This document shows positions 14,333 to 36,100 of a DNA stretch of 64,000 bases, in pieces. The translations under genes were made by a program, and so were the position numbers. Origin of the DNA: the human T2T-CHM13v2.0 reference genome, Homo sapiens; assembly GCF_009914755.1 (NCBI RefSeq), contig NC_060948.1; one strand, 5' to 3'. Each line of letters opens with the position of its first letter. Within the stretch, counting starts at the first letter, position 1. Below the pieces are notes generated by a model. The model was not told where the DNA came from and did not search any database. It saw nothing but the letters and a program-made list of their open reading frames with translations.

Positions 14333-16437
14333 AGATCCATATTTTTTAAATGAAAAAAAATTTCAAAGGTACTCTGCTTGGTACAATAATCAAATGTATA
14401 AACTGAGGAATAAAACATAACCATGAAACCTACTTATAACTGCATATGGAAAATACAGAGGATAATTTTTTAAATAACATATTTTGAAAGCCTTAACTAG
14501 TAATTTGAAGAGTTGGCATTTGAAAGGCCAGTATGAATATACCTTCAAAGCAGCAACACAGGTTCCCCATGAGAAAAAGCAAACACAGGGAAAATAAAAA
14601 CACAAAGGTTCAATCTCTTCTGACCTTTGAAAGACACAGCACAGACAGTGGTCCTTAGGACGAAGAGCAGGAGACCCCTAATTCCGTCACCATGGCGATA
14701 GGGCATAAACATTGCTGGGTGAGGGCACAATCCACATTGTGAGGTGCAACTGCTGCCAGGAAGACAGGAGTGCTTTTACATAGACCGAAAGGTCATTGAA
14801 GGCTCAGAGTTTTGTTTCAAGAACTGAATCCCAAGCCCACACGTTATTAGGCTGCGCTTCTTAAAACAAGTTATGAGATGGGAAAAAGGGCACCCACAAA
14901 CATACGTATACATTATGTATATAATAATATACAGTATCATATATATAATATATATAACCTATGTATAATATTGTTTTACATCCTGCATCTTATGTTATAT
15001 ATATTGTATAAAATATAATAATTGATAATATATAAGTTTTATAATTATACAATATTACATATAGTATATATTATAATTTATGACATATATAATATATGTT
15101 ATATGTCATATATAGAATATATTATACGGTTAATATACGTATTAAATATAAATTATACATTATATATATTATATATAATATATCTGTTATATATAATACC
15201 CATTATGCATAATATATATATTATGTCTATGTTATATATACTATAAAACAACATATAATAATATATAATTGTATATATAAAATGCGACATATAATATATA
15301 TTATATTTTATAACATATGTAATATATATTATAGATTATATATAATACGTTGTATGTATAATACCTATATTAAATATATATTATATGACTATGTTATTAA
15401 TTACATGTCACTTGTGTTATATATTATATATTTTACATAGAATATACCGGTTACATTCAATATATACTATGTTACCTATAATGTATAATTTATTACATGT
15501 AAAATAAAGAATGCAATATATTATGTAAAATTTATAATATACCATATGTGGAATGTGATATATATAACATATAATATATGATATATGATATACAGTATAT
15601 GATATATAACATAAAATATATGATTCCTAATATATATGGTATACAATATATATTTTATGATATGTATTCTATATGTTTTATATTCTGTTATATATAACTA
15701 TTTGAAATTATATATAACTGTATAATATTTTATGTAAATATGTAATATAATATATATAACTATATAATATATTATATATAACTATATATTATGTTATATA
15801 TACTTTTATAACATAATTTACATAAAATATCATAATATAATATATATTATATTATTTCATATTACATAATATATATTACATATCACCCAATATACCTAAC
15901 ATACATAATATTATAATATAGATTATATTGTGTTATATTATATATCATATATATCATGTATCATATATTCTATAATATATATTACACATTATATAATATG
16001 TATGTTGTCTATTATGTGATATATATAACTATATATATAATTATATTTTTATACATATAACTAGATAAACATGTAATTCTACATATTTTCATTTATAATA
16101 TGTAGAATTATATAATCATATATAATTATTTATATTCTATAAAAAATTTTATCATTATATAAATTATAATATATAAAAATTATAATATGTACTACAAATA
16201 TATATATTATATATCATATATGATATAGTACCTTTGTTATATTTCATAATACATATAAATGTGTATTATGTTATCTATAATTATATAATTTCATATATAA
16301 GATGTATAATATGTATCATATATTATATATGTTATGTAATATATATAGTATATAGAAGATGACACAGGATAAATATTATATACTATGACATATAAAATAT
16401 ATGAGGTTATATGTTACATATAAGGCATAGCACATAA

Positions 16438-16752
<315 letters not shown>

Positions 16753-18855
16753 AGATCCATATTTTTTAAATGAAAAAAAATTTCAAAGGTACTCTGCTTG
16801 GTACAATAATCAAATGTATAAACTGAGGAATAAAACATAACCATGAAACCTACTTATAACTGCATATGGAAAATACAGAGGATAATTTTTTAAATAACAT
16901 ATTTTGAAAGCCTTAACTAGTAATTTGAAGAGTTGGCATTTGAAAGGCCAGTATGAATATACCTTCAAAGCAGCAACACAGGTTCCCCATGAGAAAAAGC
17001 AAACACAGGGAAAATAAAAACACAAAGGTTCAATCTCTTCTGACCTTTGAAAGACACAGCACAGACAGTGGTCCTTAGGACGAAGAGCAGGAGACCCCTA
17101 ATTCCGTCACCATGGCGATAGGGCATAAACATTGCTGGGTGAGGGCACAATCCACATTGTGAGGTCCAACTGCTGCCAGGAAGACAGGAGTGCTTTTACA
17201 TAGACCGAAAGGTCATTGAAGGCTCAGAGTTTTGTTTCAAGAACTGAATCCCAAGCCCACACGTTATTAGGCTGCGCTTCTTAAAACAAGTTATGAGATG
17301 GGAAAAAGGGCACCCACAAACATACGTATACATTATGTATATAATAATATACAGTATCATATATATAATATATATAACCTATGTATAATATTGTTTTACA
17401 TCCTGCATCTTATGTTATATATATTGTATAAAATATAATAATTGATAATATATAAGTTTTATAATTCTACAATATGACATATAGTATATATTATAATTTA
17501 TGACATATATAATATATGTTATATGTCATATATAGAATATATTATACGGTTAATATACGTATTAAATATAAATTATACATTATATATATTATATATAATA
17601 TATCTGTTATATATAATACCCATTATGCATAATATATATATTATGTCTATGTTATATATAGTATAAAACAACATATAATAATATATAATTGTATATATAA
17701 AATGCGACATATAATATATATTATATTTTATAACATATGTAATATATATTATATATTATATATAATACGTTGTATGTATAATACCTATATTAAATATATA
17801 TTATATGACTGTTATTAATTACATGTCACATGTGTTATATATTATATATTTTACATAGAATATACCGGTTACATACAATATATACTATGTTACCTATAAT
17901 GTATAATTTATTACATGTAAAATAAAGAATGCAATATATTATGTATAATTTATAATATACAATATGTGGAATGTGATATATATAACATATAATATATGAT
18001 ATATGATACACAGTATATGATATATTACATACAATATATGATTCCTAATATATATGGTATACAATATATATTTTATGATATGTATTCTATATGTTTTATA
18101 TTCTGTTATATATAACTATTTGAAATTATATATAACTGTATAATATTTTATGTAAATATGTAATATAATATATATAACTATATAATATATTATATATAAC
18201 TATATATTATGTTATATATACTTTTATAACATAATTTACATAAAATATCATAATATAATATATATTATATTATTTCATATTACATAATATATATTACATA
18301 TCACCCAATATAACTAACATACATAATATTATAATATAGATTATATTGTGTTATATTAAATATCATATATATCATGTATCATATATTCTATAATATATAT
18401 TACACATTATATAATATGTATGTTGTCTATTATGTGATATATATAACTATATATATAATTATATTTTTATACATATAACTAGATAAACATGTAATTCTAC
18501 ATATTTTCATTTATAATATGTAGAATTATATAATCATATATAATTATTTATATTCTATAAAAAATTTTATCATTATATAAATTATAATATATAAAAATTA
18601 TAATATGTACTACAAATATATATATTATATATCATATATGATATAGTACTATTGTTATATTTCATAATACATATAAATGTGTATTATGTTATCTATAATT
18701 ATATAATTTCATATATAAGATGTATAATATGTATCATAAATTATATATGTTATGTAATATATATAGTATATATAAGATGACACAGGATAAATATTATATA
18801 CTATGACATATAAAATATATGAGGTTATATGTTACATATAAGGCATAGCACATAA

Positions 18856-19170
<315 letters not shown>

Positions 19171-21274
19171 AGATCCATATTTTTTAAATGAAAAAAAATT
19201 TCAAAGGTACTCTGCTTGGTACAATAATCAAATGTATAAACTGAGGAATAAAACATAACCATGAAACCTACTTATAACTGCATATGGAAAATACGGAGGA
19301 TAATTTTTTAAATAACATATTTTGAAAGCCTTAACTAGTAATTTGAAGAGCTGGCATTTGAAAGGCCAGTATGAATATACCTTCAAAGCAGCAACACAGG
19401 TTCCCCATGAGAAAAAGCAAACACAGGGAAAATAAAAACACAAAGGTTCAATCTCTTCTGACCTTTGAAAGACACAGCACAGACAGTGGTCCTTAGGACG
19501 AAGAGCAGGAGAACCCTAATTCCGTCACCATGGCGATAGGGCATAAACATTGCTGGGTGAGGGCACAATCCACATTGTGAGGTCCAACTGCTGCCAGGAA
19601 GACAGGAGTGCTTTTACATAGACCGAAAGGTCATTGAAGGCTCAGAGTTTTGTTTCAAGAACTGAATCCCAAGCCCACACGTTATTAGGCTGCGCTTCTT
19701 AAAACAAGTTATGAGATGGGAAAAAGGGCACCCACAAACATACGTATACATTATGTATATAATAATATACAGTATCATATATATAATATATATAACCTAT
19801 GTATAATATTGTTTTACATCCTGCATCTTATGTTATATATATTGTATAAAATATAATAATTGATAATATATAAGTTTATATTTATACAATATGACATATA
19901 GTATATATTATAATTTATGACATATATAATATATGTTATATGTCATATATAGAATATATTATACGGTTAATATACGTATTAAATATAAATTATACATTAT
20001 ATATATTATATATAATATATCTGTTATATATAATACCCATTATGCATAATATATATATTATGTCTATGTTATATATAGTATAAAATAACATATAATAATA
20101 TATAATTGTATATATAAAATGCGACATATAATATATATTATATTTTATAACATATGTAATATATATTATATATTATATATAATACGTTGTATGTATAATA
20201 CCTATATTAAATATATATTATATGACTATGTTATTAATTACATGTCACATGTGTTATATATTATATATTTTATATAGAATATACCGGTTACATACAATAT
20301 ATACTATGTTACCTATAATGTATAATTTATTACATGTAAAATAAAGAATGCAATATATTATGTATAATTTATAATATACCATATGTGGAATGTGATATAT
20401 ATAACATATAATATATGATATATGATGTACAGTATATGATATATAACATACAATATATGATTCCTAATATATATGGTATACAATATATATTTTATGATAT
20501 GTATTCTATATGTTTTATATTCTGTTATATATAACTATTTGAAATTATATATAACTGTATAATATTTTATGTAAATATGTAATATAATATATATAACTAT
20601 ATACTATATTTTATATAACTATATATTATGTTATATATACTTTTATAACATAATTTACATAAAATATCATAATATAATATATATTATATTATTTCATATT
20701 ACATAATATATATTACATATCACCCAATATAACTAACATACATAATATTATAATATAGATTATATTGTGTTATATTAAATATCATATATATCATGTATCA
20801 TATATTCTATAATATATATTACACATTATATAATATGTATGTTGTCTATTATGTGATATATATAACTATATATATAATTATATTTTTATACATATAACTA
20901 GATAAACATGTAATTCTACATATTTTCATTTATAATATGTAGAATTATATAATCATATATAATTATTTATATTCTATAAAAAATTTTATCATTATATAAA
21001 TTATAATATATAAAAATTATAATATGTACTACAAATATATATATTATATATCATATATGATATAGTACCTTTGTTATATTTCATAATACATATAAATGTG
21101 TATTATGTTATCTATAATTATATAATTTCATATATAAGATGTATAATATGTATCATATATTATATATGTTATGTAATATATATAGTATATATAAGATGAC
21201 ACAGGATAAATATTATATACTATGACATATAAAATATATGAGGTTATATGTTACATATAAGGCATAGCACATAA

Positions 21275-21589
<315 letters not shown>

Positions 21590-23693
21590 AGATCCATATT
21601 TTTTAAATGAAAAAAAATTTCAAAGGTACTCTGCTTGGTACAATAATCAAATGTATAAACTGAGGAATAAAACATAACCATGAAACCTACTTATAACTGC
21701 ATATGGAAAATACAGAGGATAATTTTTTAAATAACATATTTTGAAAGCCTTAACTAGTAATTTGAAGAGCTGGCATTTGAAAGGCCAGTATGAATATACC
21801 TTCAAAGCAGCAACACAGGTTCCCCATGAGAAAAAGCAAACACAGGGAAAATAAAAACACAAAGGTTCAATCTCTTCTGACCTTTGAAAGACACAGCACA
21901 GACAGTGGTCCTTAGTACGAAGAGCAGGAGACCCCTAATTCCGTCACCATGGCGATAGGGCATAAACATTGCTGGGTGAGGGCACAATCCACATTGTGAG
22001 GTCCAACTGCTGCCAGGAAGACAGGAGTGCTTTTACATAGACCGAAAGGTCATTGAAGGCTCAGAGTTTTGTTTTAAGAACTGAATCCCAAGCCCACACG
22101 TTGTTAGGCTGCGCTTCTTAAAACAAGTTATGAGATGGGAAAAAGGGCACCCACAAACATACGTATACATTATGTATATAATAATATACAGTATCATATA
22201 TATAATATATATAACCTATGTATAATATTGTTTTACATCCTGCATCTTATGTTATATATATTGTATAAAATATAATAATTGATAATATATAAGTTTATAT
22301 TTATACAATATGACATATAGTATATATTATAATTTATGACATATATAATATATGTTATATGTCATATATAGAATATATTATACGGTTAATATACGTATTA
22401 AATATAAATTATACATTATATATATTATATATAATATATCTGTTATATATAATACCCATTATGCATAATATATATATTATGTCTATGTTATATATAGTAT
22501 AAAACAACATATAATAATATATAATTGTATATATAAAATGCGACATATAATATATATTATATTTTATAACATATGTAATATATATTATATATTATATATA
22601 ATACGTTGTATGTATAATACCTATATTAAATATATATTATATGACTATGTTATTAATTACATGTCACATGTGTTATATATTATATATTTTACATAGAATA
22701 TACCGGTTACATACAATATATACTATGTTACCTATAATGTATAATTTATTACATGTAAAATAAAGAATGCAATATATTATGTATAATTTATAATATACAA
22801 TATGTGGAATGTGATATATATAACATATAATATATGATATATGATACACAGTATATGATATATTACATACAATATATGATTCCTAATATATATGGTATAC
22901 AATATATATTTTATGATATGTATTCTATATGTTTTATATTCTGTTATATATAACTATTTGAAATTATATATAACTGTATAATATTTTATGTAAATATGTA
23001 ATATAATATATATAACTATATAATATATTATATATAACTATATATTATGTTATATATACTTTTATAACATAATTTACATAAAATATCATAATATAATATA
23101 TATTATATTATTTCATACTACATAATATATATTACATATCACCCAATATAACTAACATACATAATATTATAATATAGATTATATTGTGTTATATTAAATA
23201 TCATATATATCATGTATCATATATTCTATAATATATATTACACATTATATAATATGTATGTTGTCTATTATGTGATATATATAACTATATATATAATTAT
23301 ATTTTTATACATATAACTAGATAAACATGTAATTCTACATATTTTCATTTATAATATGTAGAATTATATAATCATATATAATTATTTATATTCTATAAAA
23401 AATTTTATCATTATATAAATTATAATATATAAAAATTATAATATGTACTACAAATATATATATTATATATCATATATGATATAGTACTATTGTTATATTT
23501 CATAATACATATAAATGTGTTTTATGTTATCTATAATTATATAATTTCATATATAAGATGTATAATATGTTTCATAAATTATATATGTTATGTAATATAT
23601 ATAGTATATATAAGATGACACAGGATAAATATTATATACTATGACATATAAAATATATGAGGTTATATGTTACATATAAGGCATAGCACATAA

Positions 23694-24008
<315 letters not shown>

Positions 24009-26112
24009 AGATCCATATTTTTTAAATGAAAAAAAATTTCAAAGGTACTCTGCTTGGTACAATAATCAAATGTATAAACTGAGGAATAAAACATAACCAT
24101 GAAACCTACTTATAACTGCATATGGAAAATACAGAGGATAATTTTTTAAATAACATATTTTGAAAGCCTTAACTAGTAATTTGAAGAGCTGGCATTTGAA
24201 AGGCCAGTATGAATATACCTTCAAAGCAGCAACACAGGTTCCCCATGAGAAAAAGCAAACACAGGGAAAATAAAAACACAAAGGTTCAATCTCTTCTGAC
24301 CTTTGAAAGACACAGCACAGACAGTGGTCCTTAGGACGAAGAGCAGGAGACCCCTAATTCCGTCACCATGGCGATAGGGCATAAACATTGCTGGGTGAGG
24401 GCACAATCCACATTGTGAGGTCCAACTGCTGCCAGGAAGACAGGAGTGCTTTTACATAGACCGAAAGGTCATTGAAGGCTCAGAGTTTTGTTTTAAGAAC
24501 TGAATCCCAAGCCCACACGTTGCTAGGCTGCGCTTCTTAAAACAAGTTATGAGATGGGAAAAAGGGCACCCACAAACATACGTATACATTATGTATATAA
24601 TAATATACAGTATCATATATATAATATATATAACCTATGTATAATATTGTTTTACATCCTGCATCTTATGTTATATATATTGTATAAAATATAATAATTG
24701 ATAATATATAAGTTTATATTTATACAATATGACATATAGTATATATTATAATTTATGACATATATAATATATTTTATATGTCATATATAGAATATATTAT
24801 ACGGTTAATATACGTATTAAATATAAATTATACATTATATATATTATATATAATATATCTGTTATATATAATACCCATTATGCATAATATATATATTATG
24901 TCTATGTTATATATAGTATAAAACAACATATAATAATATATAATTGTATATATAAAATGCGACATATAATATATATTATATTTTATAACATATGTAATAT
25001 ATATTATATATTATATATAATACGTTGTATGTATAATACCTATATTAAATATATATTATATGACTATGTTATTAATTACATGTCACATGTGTTATATATT
25101 ATATATTTTACATAGAATATACCGGTTACATACAATATATACTATGTTACCTATAATGTATAATTTATTACATGTAAAATAAAGAATGCAATATATTATG
25201 TATAATTTATAATATACAATATGTGGAATGTGATATATATAACATATAATATATGATATATGATACACAGTATATGATATATTACATACAATATATGATT
25301 CCTAATATATATGGTATACAATATATATTTTATGATATGTATTCTATATGTTTTATATTCTGTTATATATAACTATTTGAAATTATATATAACTGTATAA
25401 TATTTTATGTAAATATGTAATATAATATATATAACTATATAATATATTATATATAACTATATATTATGTTATATATACTTTTATAACATAATTTACATAA
25501 AATATCATAATATAATATATATTATATTATTTCATACTACATAATATATATTACATATCACCCAATATAACTAACATACATAATATTATAATATAGATTA
25601 TATTGTGTTATATTAAATATCATATATATCATGTATCATATATTCTATAATATATATTACACATTATATAATATGTATGTTGTCTATTATGTGATATATA
25701 TAACTATATATATAATTATATTTTTATACATATAACTAGATAAACATGTAATTCTACATATTTTCATTTATAATATGTAGAATTATATAATCATATATAA
25801 TTATTTATATTCTATAAAAAATTTTATCATTATATAAATTATAATATATAAAAATTATAATATGTACTACAAATATATATATTATATATCATATATGATA
25901 TAGTACTATTGTTATATTTCATAATACATATAAATGTGTTTTATGTTATCTATAATTATATAATTTCATATATAAGATGTATAATATGTATCATAAATTA
26001 TATATGTTATGTAATATATATAGTATATATAAGATGACACAGGATAAATATTATATACTATGACATATAAAATATATGAGGTTATATGTTACATATAAGG
26101 CATAGCACATAA

Positions 26113-26427
<315 letters not shown>

Positions 26428-28531
26428 AGATCCATATTTTTTAAATGAAAAAAAATTTCAAAGGTACTCTGCTTGGTACAATAATCAAATGTATAAACTG
26501 AGGAATAAAACATAACCATGAAACCTACTTATAACTGCATATGGAAAATACAGAGGATAATTTTTTAAATAACATATTTTGAAAGCCTTAACTAGTAATT
26601 TGAAGAGCTGGCATTTGAAAGGCCAGTATGAATATACCTTCAAAGCAGCAACACAGGTTCCCCATGAGAAAAAGCAAACACAGGGAAAATAAAAACACAA
26701 AGGTTCAATCTCTTCTGACCTTTGAAAGACACAGCACAGACAGTGGTCCTTAGGACGAAGAGCAGGAGACCCCTAATTCCGTCACCATGGCGATAGGGCA
26801 TAAACATTGCTGGGTGAGGGCACAATCCACATTGTGAGGTCCAACTGCTGCCAGGAAGACAGGAGTGCTTTTACATAGACCGAAAGGTCATTGAAGGCTC
26901 AGAGTTTTGTTTTAAGAACTGAATCCCAAGCCCACACGTTGCTAGGCTGCGCTTCTTAAAACAAGTTATGAGATGGGAAAAAGGGCACCCACAAACATAC
27001 GTATACATTATGTATATAATAATATACAGTATCATATATATAATATATATAACCTATGTATAATATTGTTTTACATCCTGCATCTTATGTTATATATATT
27101 GTATAAAATATAATAATTGATAATATATAAGTTTATATTTATACAATATGACATATAGTATATATTATAATTTATGACATATATAATATATTTTATATGT
27201 CATATATAGAATATATTATACGGTTAATATACGTATTAAATATAAATTATACATTATATATATTATATATAATATATCTGTTATATATAATACCCATTAT
27301 GCATAATATATATATTATGTCTATGTTATATATAGTATAAAACAACATATAATAATATATAATTGTATATATAAAATGCGACATATAATATATATTATAT
27401 TTTATAACATATGTAATATATATTATATATTATATATAATACGTTGTATGTATAATACCTATATTAAATATATATTATATGACTATGTTATTAATTACAT
27501 GTCACATGTGTTATATATTATATATTTTACATAGAATATACCGGTTACATACAATATATACTATGTTACCTATAATGTATAATTTATTACATGTAAAATA
27601 AAGAATGCAATATATTATGTAAAATTTATAATATACCATATGTGGAATGTGATATATATAACATATAATATATGATATATGATGTACAGTATATGATATA
27701 TAACATACAATATATGATTCCTAATATATATGGTATACAATATATATTTTATGATATGTATTCTATATGTTTTATATTCTGTTATATATAACTATTTGAA
27801 ATTATATATAACTGTATAATATTTTATGTAAATATGTAATATAATATATATAACTATATAATATATTATATATAACTATATATTATGTTATATATACTTT
27901 TATAACATAATTTACATAAAATATCATAATATAATATATATTATATTATTTCATATTACATAATATATATTACATATCACCCAATATAACTAACATACAT
28001 AATATTATAATATAGATTATATTGTGTTATATTAAATATCATATATATCATGTATCATATATTCTATAATATATATTACACATTATATAATATGTATGTT
28101 GTCTATTATGTGATATATATAACTATATATATAATTATATTTTTATACATATAACTAGATAAACATGTAATTCTACATATTTTCATTTATAATAAGTAGA
28201 ATTATATAATCATATATAATTATTTATATTCTATAAAAAATTTTATCATTATATAAATTATAATATATAAAAATTATAATATGTACTACAAATATATATA
28301 TTATATATCATATATGATATAGTACCTTTGTTATATTTCATAATACATATAAATGTGTATTATGTTATCTATAATTATATAATTTCATATATAAGATGTA
28401 TAATATGTATCATATATTATATATGTTATGTAATATATATAGTATATATAAGATGACACAGGATAAATATTATATACTATGACATATAAAATATATGAGG
28501 TTATATGTTACATATAAGGCATAGCACATAA

Positions 28532-28846
<315 letters not shown>

Positions 28847-30950
28847 AGATCCATATTTTTTAAATGAAAAAAAATTTCAAAGGTACTCTGCTTGGTACAA
28901 TAATCAAATGTATAAACTGAGGAATAAAACATAACCATGAAACCTACTTATAACTGCATATGGAAAATACAGAGGATAATTTTTTAAATAACATATTTTG
29001 AAAGCCTTAACTAGTAATTTGAAGAGCTGGCATTTGAAAGGCCAGTATGAATATACCTTCAAAGCAGCAACACAGGTTCCCCATGAGAAAAAGCAAACAC
29101 AGGGAAAATAAAAACACAAAGGTTCAATCTCTTCTGACCTTTGAAAGACACAGCACAGACAGTGGTCCTTAGGACGAAGAGCAGGAGACCCCTAATTCCG
29201 TCACCATGGCGATAGGGCATAAACATTGCTGGGTGAGGGCACAATCCACATTGTGAGGTCCAACTGCTGCCAGGAAGACAGGAGTGCTTTTACATAGACC
29301 GAAAGGTCATTGAAGGCTCAGAGTTTTGTTTCAAGAACTGAATCCCAAGCCCACACGTTGTTAGGCTGCGCTTCTTAAAACAAGTTATGAGATGGGAAAA
29401 AGGGCACCCACAAACATACGTATACATTATGTATATAATAATATACAGTATCATATATATAATATATATAACCTATGTATAATATTGTTTTACATCCTGC
29501 ATCTTATGTTATATATATTGTATAAAATATAATAATTGATAATATATAAGTTTATATTTATACAATATGACATATAGTATATATTATAATTTATGACATA
29601 TATAATATATGTTATATGTCATATATAGAATATATTATACGGTTAATATACGTATTAAATATAAATTATACATTATATATATTATATATAATATATCTGT
29701 TATATATAATACCCATTATGCATAATATATATATTATGTCTATGTTATATATAGTATAAAACAACATATAATAATATATAATTGTATATATAAAATGCGA
29801 CATATAATATATATTATGTTTTATAACATATGTAATATATATTATATATTATATATAATACGTTGTATGTATAATACCTATATTAAATATATATTATATG
29901 ACTATGTTATTAATTACATGTCACATGTGTTATATATTATATATTTTACATAGAATATACCGGTTACATACAATATATACTATGTTACCTATAATGTATA
30001 ATTTATTACATGTAAAATAAAGAATGCAATATATTATGTAAAATTTATAATATACCATATGTGGAATGTGATATATATAACATATAATATATGATATATG
30101 ATGTACAGTATATGATATATAACATACAATATATGATTCCTAATATATATGGTATACAATATATATTTTATGATATGTATTCTATATGTTTTATATTCTG
30201 TTATATATAACTATTTGAAATTATATATAACTGTATAATATTTTATGTAAATATGTAATATAATATATATAACTATATAACATATTATATATAACTATAT
30301 ATTATGTTATATATACTTTTATAACATAATTTACATAAAATATCATAATATAATATATATTATATTATTTCATATTACATTATATATATTACATATCACC
30401 CAATATAACTAACATACATAATATTATAATATAGATTATATTGTGTTATATTAAATATCATATATATCATGTATCATATATTCTATAATATATATTACAC
30501 ATTATATAATATGTATGTTGTCTATTATGTGATATATATAACTATATATATAATTATATTTTTATACATATAACTAGATAAACATGTAATTCTACATATT
30601 TTCATTTATAATATGTAGAATTATATAATCATATATAATTATTTATATTCTATAAAAAATTTTATCATTATATAAATTATAATATATAAAAATTATAATA
30701 TGTACTATAAATATATATATTATATATCATATATGATATAGTACCTTTGTTATATTTCATAATACATATAAATGTGTATTATGTTATCTATAATTATATA
30801 ATTTCATATATAAGATGTATAATATGTATCATATATTATATATGTTATGTAATATATATAGTATATATAAGATGACACAGGATAAATATTATATACTATG
30901 ACATATAAAATATATGAGGTTATATGTTACATATAAGGCATAGCACATAA

Positions 30951-31265
<315 letters not shown>

Positions 31266-33367
31266 AGATCCATATTTTTTAAATGAAAAAAAATTTCAAA
31301 GGTACTCTGCTTGGTACAATAATCAAATGTATAAACTGAGGAATAAAACATAACCATGAAACCTACTTATAACTGCATATGGAAAATACAGAGGATAATT
31401 TTTTAAATAACATATTTTGAAAGCCTTAACTAGTAATTTGAAGAGCTGGCATTTGAAAGGCCAGTATGAATATACCTTCAAAGCAGCAACACAGGTTCCC
31501 CATGAGAAAAAGCAAACACAGGGAAAATAAAAACACAAAGGTTCAATCTCTTCTGACCTTTGAAAGACACAGCACAGACAGTGGTCCTTAGGACGAAGAG
31601 CAGGAGACCCCTAATTCCGTCACCATGGCGATAGGGCATAAACATTGCTGGGTGAGGGCACAATCCACATTGTGAGGTCCAACTGCTGCCAGGAAGACAG
31701 GAGTGCTTTTACATAGACCGAAAGGTCATTGAAGGCTCAGAGTTTTGTTTCAAGAACTGAATCCCAAGCCCACACGTTGTTAGGCTGCGCTTCTTAAAAC
31801 AAGTTATGAGATGGGAAAAAGGGCACCCACAAACATACGTATACATTATGTATATAATAATATACAGTATCATATATATAATATATATAACCTATGTATA
31901 ATATTGTTTTACATCCTGCATCTTATGTTATATATATTGTATAAAATATAATAATTGATAATATATAAGTTTATATTTATACAATATGACATATAGTATA
32001 TATTATAATTTATGACATATATAATATATGTTATATGTCATATATAGAATATATTATACGGTTAATATACGTATTAAATATAAATTATACATTATATATA
32101 TTATATATAATATATCTGTTATATATAATACCCATTATGCATAATATATATATTATGTCTATGTTATATATAGTATAAAACAACATATAATAATATATAA
32201 TTGTATATATAAAATGCGACATATAATATATATTATGTTTTATAACATGTAATATATATTATATATTATATATAATACGTTGTATGTATAATACCTATAT
32301 TAAATATATATTATATGACTATGTTATTAATTACATGTCACATGTGTTATATATTATATATTTTACATAGAATATACCGGTTACATACAATATATACTAT
32401 GTTACCTATAATGTATAATTTATTACATGTAAAATAAAGAATGCAATATATTATGTAAAATTTATAATATACCATATGTGGAATGTGATATATATAACAT
32501 ATAATATATGATATATGATGTACAGTATATGATATTTAACATACAATATATGATTCCTAATATATATGGTATACAATATATATTTTATGATATGTATTCT
32601 ATATGTTTTATATTCTGTTATATATAACTATTTGAAATTATATATAACTGTATAATATTTTATGTAAATATGTAATATAATATATATAACTATATAATAT
32701 ATTATATATAACTATATATTATGTTATATATACTTTTATAACATAATTTACATAAAATATCATAATATAATATATATTATATTATTTCATATTACATAAT
32801 ATATATTACATATCACCCAATATAACTAACATACATAATATTATAATATAGATTATATTGTGTTATATTAAATATCATATATATCATGTATCATATATTC
32901 TATAATATATATTACACATTATATAATATGTATGTTGTCTATTATGTGATATATATAACTATATATATAATTATATTTTTATACATATAACTAGATAAAC
33001 ATGTAATTCTACATATTTTCTTTTATAATATGTAGAATTATATAATCATATATAATTATTTATATTCTATAAAAAATTTTATCATTATATAAATTATAAT
33101 ATATAAAAATTATAATATGTACTACAAATATATATATTATATATCATATATGATATAGTAGCTTTGTTATATTTCATAATACATATAAATGTGTATTATG
33201 TTATCTATAATTATATAATTTCATATATAAGATGTATAATATGTATCATATATTATATATGTTATGTAATATATATAGTATATATAAGATGACACAGGAT
33301 AAATATTATATACTATGACATATAAAATATATGAGGTTATATGTTACATATAAGGCATAGCACATAA

Positions 33368-33681
<314 letters not shown>

Positions 33682-35785
33682 AGATCCATATTTTTTAAAT
33701 GAAAAAAAATTTCAAAGGTACTCTGCTTGGTACAATAATCAAATGTATAAACTGAGGAATAAAACATAACCATGAAACCTACTTATAACTGCATATGGAA
33801 AATACAGAGGATAATTTTTTAAATAACATATTTTGAAAGCCTTAACTAGTAATTTGAAGAGCTGGCATTTGAAAGGCCAGTATGAATATACCTTCAAAGC
33901 AGCAACACAGGTTCCCCATGAGAAAAAGCAAACACAGGGAAAATAAAAACACAAAGGTTCAATCTCTTCTGACCTTTGAAAGACACAGCACAGACAGTGG
34001 TCCTTAGGACGAAGAGCACGAGACCCCTAATTCCGTCACCATGGCGATAGGGCATAAACATTGCTGGGTGAGGGCACAATCCACATTGTGAGGTCCAACT
34101 GCTGCCAGGAAGACAGGAGTGCTTTTACATAGACCGAAAGGTCATTGAAGGCTCAGAGTTTTGTTTCAAGAACTGAATCCCAAGCCCACACGTTGTTAGG
34201 CTGCGCTTCTTAAAACAAGTTATGAGATGGGAAAAAGGGCACCCACAAACATACGTATACATTATGTATATAATAATATACAGTATCATATATATAATAT
34301 ATATAACCTATGTATAATATTGTTTTACATCCTGCATCTTATGTTATATATATTGTATAAAATATAATAATTGATAATATATAAGTTTATATTTCTACAA
34401 TATGACATATAGTATATATTATAATTTATGACATATATAATATATGTTATATGTCATATATAGAATATATTATACGGTTAATATACGTATTAAATATAAA
34501 TTATACATTATATATATTATATATAATATATCTGTTATATATAATACCCATTATGCATAATATATATATTATGTCTATGTTATATATAGTATAAAACAAC
34601 ATATAATAATATATAATTGTATATATAAAATGCGACATATAATATATATTATATTTTATAACATATGTAATATATATTATATATTATATATAATACGTTG
34701 TATGTATAATACCTATATTAAATATATATTATATGACTATGTTATTAATTACATGTCACATGTATTATATATTATATATTTTACATAGAATATACCGGTT
34801 ACATACAATATATACTATGTTACCTATAATGTATAATTTATTACATGTAAAATAAAGAATGCAATATATTATGTAAAATTTATAATATACCATATGTGGA
34901 ATGTGATATATATAACATATAATATATGATATATGATGTACAGTATATGATATATAACATACAATATATGATTCCTAATATATATGGTATACAATATATA
35001 TTTTATGATATGTATTCTATATGTTTTATATTCTGTTATATATAACTATTTGAAATTATATATAACTGTATAATATTTTATGTAAATATGTAATATAATA
35101 TATATAACTATATAATATATTATATATAACTATATATTATGTTATATATACTTTTATAACATAATTTACATAAAATATCATAATATAATATATATTATAT
35201 TATTTCATATTACATTATATATATTACATATCACCCAATATAACTAACATACATAATATTATAATATAGATTATATTGTGTTATATTAAATATCATATAT
35301 ATCATGTATCATATATTCTATAATATATATTACACATTATATAATATGTATGTTGTCTATTATGTGATATATATAACTATATATATAATTATATTTTTAT
35401 ACATATAACTAGATAAACATGTAATTCTACATATTTTCATTTGTAATATGTAGAATTATATAATCATATATAATTATTTATATTCTATAAAAAATTTTAT
35501 CATTATATAAATTATAATATATAAAAATTATAATATGTACTACAAATATATATATTATATATCATATATGATATAGTACCTTTGTTATATTTCATAATAC
35601 ATATAAATGTGTATTATGTTATCTATAATTATATAATTTCATATATAAGATGTATAATATGTATCATATATTATATATGTTATGTAATATATATAGTATA
35701 TATAAGATGACACAGGATAAATATTATATACTATGACATATAAAATATATGAGGTTATATGTTACATATAAGGCATAGCACATAA

Positions 35786-36100
<315 letters not shown>

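Noticed and set aside
15022-15246. 74 aa I/Y/N-rich plus-strand ORF (also 51310, 56150, 60990)
   Set aside because: Translation of TA-rich DNA that appears only where a point change removes a TGA (to TTA or AGA). Useful only as a haplotype marker.
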